Assembly (NCBI GenBank): GCA_020850475.1
Contig: JADZEO010000146.1
Location: 213 to 64,212 of the forward strand
DNA length: 64,000 bases
Reading direction: 5' to 3'
DNA from: Bdellovibrionales bacterium
GTDB taxonomy: Bacteria > Bdellovibrionota > Bdellovibrionia > Bdellovibrionales > UBA1609
The notes under the pieces were generated by a model. The model was not told the DNA's origin. It ran no database searches and saw nothing but the letters and a program-made list of their open reading frames with translations. The position numbers were made by a program, and so were the translations under genes. This document shows, piece by piece, positions 58,234 to 64,000 of the stretch; the first letter of the stretch is position 1; each line of letters begins with the position of its first letter.

Positions 58234-60798
58234 TTATTGAGAATTTTGATTCATTACTTGAGCATCCTGCTTCACCATCGTGCTCACCTTGCCTTTTTGC
58301 GGACAATTATCCTTGGCACGCGAGCGATAGTTACCAATTTCATCTTCCCAGTACTCTCCATCAAACTCCCAGTTCAATATTTTCTGCGGCTTTACATTCG
58401 CCGGAATTCGATTGGGCGTCTGAGTGGCTCCTCCGGCGACGTGGTAGCGGATGTTTTCACCAGCTCCCGAAAACACCTCGAAGCGCAGAAGTTCGTTGTT
58501 GGCAATGTACTGACCCATTTCTTGCTTCATTTCTGCCAAACGACGCTTCAGCGATTTGCCGCCTTCCTGGCGCAGCGCGAGCTTCTCATCATCCAATTTT
58601 CGCGTTGAGGCCGCACGAAAGTCGTTAAAGTAGGAGCGACTTCGGCCCAGCATCTTGAGCACGAACTGGTGACCCACAATCAGGTCTTTGTCACTGCGCC
58701 TTTGGGCCTTCCATTCATTGACGAACTTGACGAGGTTAGAATCCTTTTGGGCCTTGCCCAAATTCGTCTCCGCAGTATTCAGACGGGCCGTCGCCCGGGC
58801 GAGTTTAGCTCGGACGTTGGCCATCTCCTGGTCGAGGCGCCCCACAATTTCCGGATATCGATCGCCCTCGTCGACCTTGTCGTTAATGGCCGTTTGGTAG
58901 TTGAGAAAATCCCGACCGCGACCCATCTCGCGAATGACTTGATAAGGAAGATCATCCACATTTTCGCTGCTCGGACTGCGCAAGTACTTCTTCACTGTAT
59001 TGTAATAGTCGTCAGGTTGCGAGTGTGCCTGAGTGTATTGATCAACCTTTTGCAACCACGGAATATACTCCTGCTCCATGCGATGCAAGGCTTTGTAGGC
59101 GTCGGCATACTGACAAATATTCAGATAACCGATGGAACGGACCACATAGGACTCGGGCTTGTACACCGCCTTAAAGTAAGGGCTGTGAAGTGAATGCATA
59201 TTGCCGATGGCACCAGAGTTATCGTCGAGCATCACCTGAGTCCAACCCTGCTCGATCAGGCCTTGCACCCACACCGGGTGATCCTTGCCGATGCGCTGGT
59301 ACTCCGTAAAGGCAGTCTGAAAGTCGCCCATGTTGAAATAAATCCGTGCAATGTTAATTGCAATGAGGGACGAAATGTTTTTGTCCGACTTAGCCTTGGC
59401 CTGCATCCAGGCTCGCAAATCCGCAAGAGTCCCAGCCGCTTGCTTGGTCTTCTTTTGCGAATAGAGAGCAATGCCGAGCAAATAGCGGGCATTCATGTAC
59501 TTGGAACTTTTGGCTGTCACCAGCTGCGCATGCTCCTCGGCTTTACTGTAATTCTTGAGCTGAAAATAACCCTTGCCCATGACATAGTTGACATCGTCAT
59601 TACTGGACTCAGGAATCAAACTCTTATCTTTAAGATCTTGTAGAGCCCGCGTGACCTCAACCTCATACTCTCGTGGCAAATCAGCTGTCAGCACCGCAAT
59701 CGCCTGACTGGCCATAACCGGTGTCTCAGCCTTAATGACCTTCAGCAGACGGGCTACCGCTTGGGAGTAAAACTTGAGTTTTTGCGCACAAATTCCTAAG
59801 TGAAATGAGGCTTCCTCTGAAAACTCCTTCTTTCGCGACAAGGGATCGAGTAAGCCAATCACCAGGTGGCAACTTTTGCCTTCGCGATTGAGAATCAAAG
59901 CGGTTAACATGTCTTGCTGATCTTGGCTCAGCGGCTGAACAGGCAATTCCGTGAACTCGGTAATCGCCGTCTCCAGGAGCTGAATTTTATCAACACTCGC
60001 GCGCGTCACGGGATAGCCATCGACCAACCCTTTGCGCAACTCCTTCTCGTCGAAGGCCGCGACTGTCGGAAATTTTCCACTCAGGAGTCCCTCGACGTCT
60101 TTTCGAGAGTAGAGTGTCGGCTCCTTAAGGGGTTTCGCAGTCAGATAATTGGGGGCCTTCACTTCAAAGGAAAGCCCAGCCAGTTCCCGAGCTGAAATGG
60201 TTTCTTCCTCGCCGATATCAAGGAGGGGAATTTCCTTCTTTTTAATTTTAACGACCGTCGTCTTACCTGACTTGTCTGTTTGGGATTTCTTATCGTAAAA
60301 GTGGTACTCCGGTACTCCCGCAGTGGTCATGGGCAGCTTACTGGTTCCTGGCCGCGCGGCCTTGACTGTCACTAGTCCCTGTTCTTGCTGGATGGCCCGC
60401 TTCGCTTGATTGATGTCATCGCGAGTAAAGCCTTTGTCCGTGGTTTTGTAGTCAGGAAGATCCCGCTTTAGTGTGTCCACGCCAGTCTCAGGAGTGGTCT
60501 CGCCCGCAGTCGGCGTTTTGGCCGCCAGATTTGTTTTAGGCATGGCCCTTGACACCGCTTCCTTTGGTTGATCGGCAAAGTAACTGCCCCACAACGTCGT
60601 CGCCTTCGCTTTCAAGTCCGTCCAGGCCTTTTCAATCTGACCCTGGTTTGACCCGCGCGAGACAGCGGACGTCGTCCCACCGACCGACGTTTCGACCGCT
60701 TCCTCAACGGTGCCAGTCGCATCAATCGGCTTGGCCGTGGCCGCCACGGCAAAAATGAGAGCGATAATTGCTATTCCGCCAACGCACAAATTTCTCAC
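58234..60798 (-). CDS. Large periplasmic TPR-like repeat protein (Glt-cluster associated)
   Basis: 854 aa. GTG start with GAGGAG SD. N-terminal signal or anchor. Helical-repeat regions (YFQLKNYSKAEEHAQLV..., ARIYFNMGDFQTAFTEYQRI...). Confidence 0.7.
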   Translation of the reverse strand: MRNLCVGGIAIIALIFAVAATAKPIDATGTVEEAVETSVGGTTSAVSRGSNQGQIEKAWTDLKAKATTLWGSYFADQPKEAVSRAMPKTNLAAKTPTAGETTPETGVDTLKRDLPDYKTTDKGFTRDDINQAKRAIQQEQGLVTVKAARPGTSKLPMTTAGVPEYHFYDKKSQTDKSGKTTVVKIKKKEIPLLDIGEEETISARELAGLSFEVKAPNYLTAKPLKEPTLYSRKDVEGLLSGKFPTVAAFDEKELRKGLVDGYPVTRASVDKIQLLETAITEFTELPVQPLSQDQQDMLTALILNREGKSCHLVIGLLDPLSRKKEFSEEASFHLGICAQKLKFYSQAVARLLKVIKAETPVMASQAIAVLTADLPREYEVEVTRALQDLKDKSLIPESSNDDVNYVMGKGYFQLKNYSKAEEHAQLVTAKSSKYMNARYLLGIALYSQKKTKQAAGTLADLRAWMQAKAKSDKNISSLIAINIARIYFNMGDFQTAFTEYQRIGKDHPVWVQGLIEQGWTQVMLDDNSGAIGNMHSLHSPYFKAVYKPESYVVRSIGYLNICQYADAYKALHRMEQEYIPWLQKVDQYTQAHSQPDDYYNTVKKYLRSPSSENVDDLPYQVIREMGRGRDFLNYQTAINDKVDEGDRYPEIVGRLDQEMANVRAKLARATARLNTAETNLGKAQKDSNLVKFVNEWKAQRRSDKDLIVGHQFVLKMLGRSRSYFNDFRAASTRKLDDEKLALRQEGGKSLKRRLAEMKQEMGQYIANNELLRFEVFSGAGENIRYHVAGGATQTPNRIPANVKPQKILNWEFDGEYWEDEIGNYRSRAKDNCPQKGKVSTMVKQDAQVMNQNSQ

Positions 60799-60808
60799 GT
60801 TACTCTCC

Positions 60809-61627
60809 TCAGTGATAGTACGTCACACCCAGCAAAAACAATGTGGTATTGGTCGTCTGGGATTTGTCCTTTAGACCACTCGTCCAGTTGAGGACTTCCT
60901 CCGACCACCAGCGATTCTTCAAATCCACTCGGATAGCTAAGTGATTGCTCAAAAAGAAATACTGGGTAACATCCAAACCGTAAGCGAAGGAACTGTCGTT
61001 CTTGTTACCGTTCTTGGTGGTCTGCTCGTAACTCATCATGCCCACCACCGGCGTAAAGGCCATGTCGAAATAGATGATTTTTTGTCCTAAAAGACTCATC
61101 TTTGCGTAGATGGGAACCCAATTGTAACCTAGCCCGTACATACTCGTGACCCGCCCAATGTTAGGACGAACCCCGCCATATTGATTGGCAAATCCCTTAA
61201 CGGTTGAGTTGTCATCGACGTTATAAGACACGAACTCAGCCTGAATCCCTTCTCGCTCGCTAAAAAAGTAGTTCGCGGTCAGCCCCAGATTGTACCCTTC
61301 GTTGAAGGCGTCATTGATAATGGGCCCGTATTGCAGCGAAGCGGAAAAGCGTTTTTCTTTGGGATAAGCTCGGTTTTGAACCACGCTAAAGTCGGTATCC
61401 TTGGGAGCCCAGTACTTTTGCTCCAGATCTTGAATGTCGAGTTTCTCCGACTCGGTCTTCTTTCCAGCCGCAGCAGGGGCTGGCGGTGGCGGAACCGGAG
61501 GCGGGGGGCTCAGTTTTTCATCCTTCTTGGACTTACTCTGAGCGATTGCCGACGGGGCTGATATCAAAAACGTGCCGACCAGTGCGAGCAATAAAAGCCA
61601 ACACGGTGATGTCAATCTTGAGCGCAT
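60809..61627 (-). CDS. Outer-membrane beta-barrel protein (GltA/B/H-like position)
   Basis: 272 aa with a signal peptide, a poly-Pro linker (PPPPVPPPPAPAA), then a beta-strand-rich domain (VVQNRAYPKEKRFSASLQYGPIINDAF...) with a C-terminal aromatic end (LLGVTYYH). Confidence 0.75.
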   Translation of the reverse strand: MRSRLTSPCWLLLLALVGTFLISAPSAIAQSKSKKDEKLSPPPPVPPPPAPAAAGKKTESEKLDIQDLEQKYWAPKDTDFSVVQNRAYPKEKRFSASLQYGPIINDAFNEGYNLGLTANYFFSEREGIQAEFVSYNVDDNSTVKGFANQYGGVRPNIGRVTSMYGLGYNWVPIYAKMSLLGQKIIYFDMAFTPVVGMMSYEQTTKNGNKNDSSFAYGLDVTQYFFLSNHLAIRVDLKNRWWSEEVLNWTSGLKDKSQTTNTTLFLLGVTYYH

Positions 61628-61691
61628 AAATGCCCTCCTTCAGGCATAAACCCGAAACTGTTCTCTTCGATCGAACTTCATCGAGACCGAC

Positions 61692-63194
61692 TTAGTTCGT
61701 CGCCTTGAACAAAAACGGATAAGTCACCATGACAGTGGTCCCGCCCTTAGGAACGGGGAACTGCCACCCTGACACACGCCTCAAGATACATCCCTCAACC
61801 ATGGCGTTGCTAAGTGTTGTTGTTCCAATTCGTTGTGCAACTACTTTTCCATCTGAACCAATACTGAATTTGATCTGAACTTTGCCATACAACTCGGGGC
61901 TCGCGCTCAGTTGTCTCTCATAGCAATAGCGAATTTGGCCAAGTTGCGAGCGGATCACCATCGCGATGACTTCCTTATCGAGGCCGCCTTCAACTTCAGA
62001 CTCTTCTTCAAGAAGACCGACCGAGGCATTGCCCACGTTACCAATACTTAAGCCGCCAGCACCTCGGTAATCAGAACGGCCACCGCCCTTACCTTCAGTG
62101 GCAACCCCAGCAACCTTAAAAGTTTCACCTGTGCCAGTCCCACTGCCTGCCTTCATGCCTTTAGTCGACGGTACACTCGTCGCCGGACCGGTCGGAGCAT
62201 TGTCAGGGGTGCGGCCAATCGACTCAACCACCACTGAATTCTTAGCAGCTCGCTTTGAAATCTTTCCGATTAACTGCGCAAGGCCTGCCGCCTTAATGCG
62301 GTTTACAACTTGAGCGCTCGTCTTAGGCGTCGCCTTCGGTGTCGGCGTCTTTGCTACCTCAGGTGTTGGAGTCGCCGAACCCAATGATTTCGAGGTCCCC
62401 ATAATCGTCTTTGCCAATTTTTTTGACTGCTCCCGCTTTTTATGAACGGCTTTGGCGTCAAAGATCAGTTTGGTGTACTGATTCGTATCGGGTTTGAGCG
62501 CAACCATTTCTTCCTGCGGTTTGTTGGGGGCCAAGAGCCCCAGGATCACCAACAACACCGTCAAAACCGAGGCGACCAAAGCTGGCATCTTGAGTCGCGG
62601 ATCCCATAGCTCTTGAGCCTTTTCCAGATTTGAGTTGCTAATCACCGTGGTCGACACGAGTCGTTGTTGCACCACCACGTCGCCAAACTCAGTCTTCCGC
62701 CAAGTGTAGCCGTCTGGAGCCTTAAGCCGTTGCACCTTCCCGCCATGACGGAGAACAAAGTCTTCGGCCGTCTTGAGTAAATGGGACTCCAAAACATAAC
62801 CGCGCCGGCGCACCACCACTTGATGAAATTGATCGCCGTCTTGCAGAGGTTTGTCTGTCAAATGATTATCAATAAACAGCCGATGATCAAGGTCGCGGGG
62901 AATTGCCTTGAGCGTATGGCCGCCAATGCGAATGATCGTGGTGCCTTTAAAGTGTTGCTCGACAATTGGTTTTTTGTGAATCCAAGTTCCGTGGGCACTG
63001 CCCATGTCGGAAATCTTCCACTCGTCGCCATCCAGTTCGATGACAGCGTGTATTCCACCTACATCATCACCCAAAAGTCGAATATCGGCGTCTCGGCCCG
63101 ATCCCAATACAGCCGAGGCCCCACTCCGCAGACGATGGCGGCCCACAAACCGATTTTTGTATCTATGCTCAAGATCCAATTCAACCTTACGCAT
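61692..63194 (-). CDS. FHA-domain / single-TM / TonB-C-like (AgmX-PglI C-terminal type) protein, GltG-like
   Basis: 500 aa. N-terminal FHA (ASAVLGSGRDADIRLLGDDVGGIHAVIELDGDEWKISDMGSAHGTWI). TM helix (MPALVASVLTVLLVILGLLAP). Pro/Thr linker. C-terminus IRYCYERQL...GKVQIKFSIGSDGKV...CILRRVSGWQFPVPKGGTTVMVTYPFLF. Confidence 0.8.
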   Translation of the reverse strand: MRKVELDLEHRYKNRFVGRHRLRSGASAVLGSGRDADIRLLGDDVGGIHAVIELDGDEWKISDMGSAHGTWIHKKPIVEQHFKGTTIIRIGGHTLKAIPRDLDHRLFIDNHLTDKPLQDGDQFHQVVVRRRGYVLESHLLKTAEDFVLRHGGKVQRLKAPDGYTWRKTEFGDVVVQQRLVSTTVISNSNLEKAQELWDPRLKMPALVASVLTVLLVILGLLAPNKPQEEMVALKPDTNQYTKLIFDAKAVHKKREQSKKLAKTIMGTSKSLGSATPTPEVAKTPTPKATPKTSAQVVNRIKAAGLAQLIGKISKRAAKNSVVVESIGRTPDNAPTGPATSVPSTKGMKAGSGTGTGETFKVAGVATEGKGGGRSDYRGAGGLSIGNVGNASVGLLEEESEVEGGLDKEVIAMVIRSQLGQIRYCYERQLSASPELYGKVQIKFSIGSDGKVVAQRIGTTTLSNAMVEGCILRRVSGWQFPVPKGGTTVMVTYPFLFKATN

Positions 63195-63199
63195 AAAGC

Positions 63200-63445
63200 T
63201 TACCTCAGATAGTCAACCGAGTTCTTGATTTCATCATCAAAGTGCTTCTGAACCTTGTAGAGAGGCATGAACTTAACCCCTCGCTTCTGCAGCAAATAGG
63301 CCCCATCAGGAGAGCGCACCACACCGTCGATGTCGGTTTCTTCGAAGTTGACCTCTTGGGTCTTTCGCACCGAAGTCTTCTTGCTAGTGGGTTCCGCCCC
63401 GGCTCCAAAACATCCCAGCAACACGAAAAGTAACAGGTACCTCAT
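63200..63445 (-). CDS. Small predicted lipoprotein (81 aa), GltF-position
   Basis: Signal peptide with a lipobox-like LLGC. The start overlaps the upstream TPR gene's stop (ATGA). Ends 5 nt before the FHA gene. Confidence 0.6.
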   Translation of the reverse strand: MRYLLLFVLLGCFGAGAEPTSKKTSVRKTQEVNFEETDIDGVVRSPDGAYLLQKRGVKFMPLYKVQKHFDDEIKNSVDYLR

Positions 63446-64000
63446 TTGGTCACCTCTCCTTTGGATTCCTCGGGAGCCACTAGGCTCACCTGCTTTTGTG
63501 CGACCGCCTTCTTTTTGCTCACCGCAACTTCTAAAGTTTTGATTTTTTCATCAATCGGCAATTCGGGACTGCCGTCGACTCGCTTCTTTTCCACTAAGTA
63601 CCTGACTTGCCGATAGGCTTCCAAGGCGCGTTCTTCGTCCTTGAGATTCACTTCCAGGATCAAGGCCTGACGCATTCTCAGGTCTAATCGCCGAGGTAAA
63701 ACCCCCATCGCCGTTTCCAACAACTCCACCGCTTCTTCAAATTTGCCGAGTTTGCCATAGCAATAGGACAAGCCATCGAGCGCCACTGGATTCTTGCGGT
63801 CCGCCTTCACGGCCACTTCTAAGTGCTCTGCGGCTCGTTTGAAGTCCAAATCTTTGAGATAAATCTGGCCAACAAAGAAGTGTGCTTCGGTATTTTTAGA
63901 GTCAAGGCGCAAAGACTCGTCAAACGCGGCGACGGCAGCGTCGACTTCATTCATTGCCCAAAGGACTCGTCCTCGTTGATAATAGAACAGGCCAATCGAG
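63442..64000 (-). CDS. TPR-repeat protein, 3' portion (gene continues beyond right edge), GltE-like position
   Basis: The track ORF starts at Met 63954, but the frame stays open to 64000 (..SIGLFYYQRGRVLWAMNEVDAAVAAFDESLRLDSKN..). Several canonical TPR units are present. Confidence 0.75.
   Translation of the reverse strand, partial: SIGLFYYQRGRVLWAMNEVDAAVAAFDESLRLDSKNTEAHFFVGQIYLKDLDFKRAAEHLEVAVKADRKNPVALDGLSYCYGKLGKFEEAVELLETAMGVLPRRLDLRMRQALILEVNLKDEERALEAYRQVRYLVEKKRVDGSPELPIDEKIKTLEVAVSKKKAVAQKQVSLVAPEESKGEVTK

Overview
This is a gene-dense chromosomal window from a Gram-negative bacterium, and most of it is housekeeping. GC looks roughly balanced by eye but was not computed. The mix of Glt-type gliding-motility genes, flagellin and secreted proteases suggests a Bdellovibrionota or myxobacteria-like lineage. 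That is inference only.

Layout:
- **1-12.9 kb, minus strand:** the classical rpoC'(5' end)-rpoB-rplL-rplJ-rplA-rplK-nusG-secE-tRNA(Trp)-tuf block, then a four-tRNA operon (Thr, Tyr, Gly, Thr), an rlmB-like gene, pyrF and proS.
- **13.1-15.6 kb:** two translationally coupled radical-SAM paralogs whose auxiliary Fe-S (twitch/SPASM-like) domain sits at the N-terminus.
- **15.6-24.5 kb, minus strand:** an ntrX/ntrY-like two-component pair packed tightly behind ribE-ribB(X)-ribH and a 79-aa ORF, then clpB.
- **24.6-30.7 kb:** a small Cys-rich ORF, an alpha/beta hydrolase, flagellin, a Lys/Ala-repeat H1-like protein with an acidic tail, a sensor-less sigma-54 activator, a Xer-type recombinase and gmhB.
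- **30.9-37.1 kb:** envelope and secreted proteins of unknown role (FecR-domain protein, a TPR protein with an apparent C-terminal barrel, three secreted hypotheticals).
- **37.2-43.3 kb:** recO, mgtE, a UPF0104 membrane protein, ugd, a NifS-like degenerate protein and a small OMP.
- **43.3-49.4 kb:** a nuo cluster holding only peripheral-arm subunits (B, C/D, E, F, G, I). The fused nuoCD frame is broken by one in-frame TAG.
- **49.8-55.2 kb:** an S8 protease with a Gly/Pro tandem repeat and two ABC exporter half-transporter genes.
- **55.3-55.8 kb:** a decayed third copy of the radical-SAM family.
- **55.9-64.0 kb:** a PD40/TolB-like protein, a membrane protein and a Glt-like (gltE-F-G-H order) gliding/trans-envelope module that runs off the right edge.

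I saw no rRNA, CRISPR array, transposase or prophage genes. The best candidate for uncharacterised biology is the orphan N-twitch radical-SAM pair and its decayed paralog. Most other findings are gene-level oddities.
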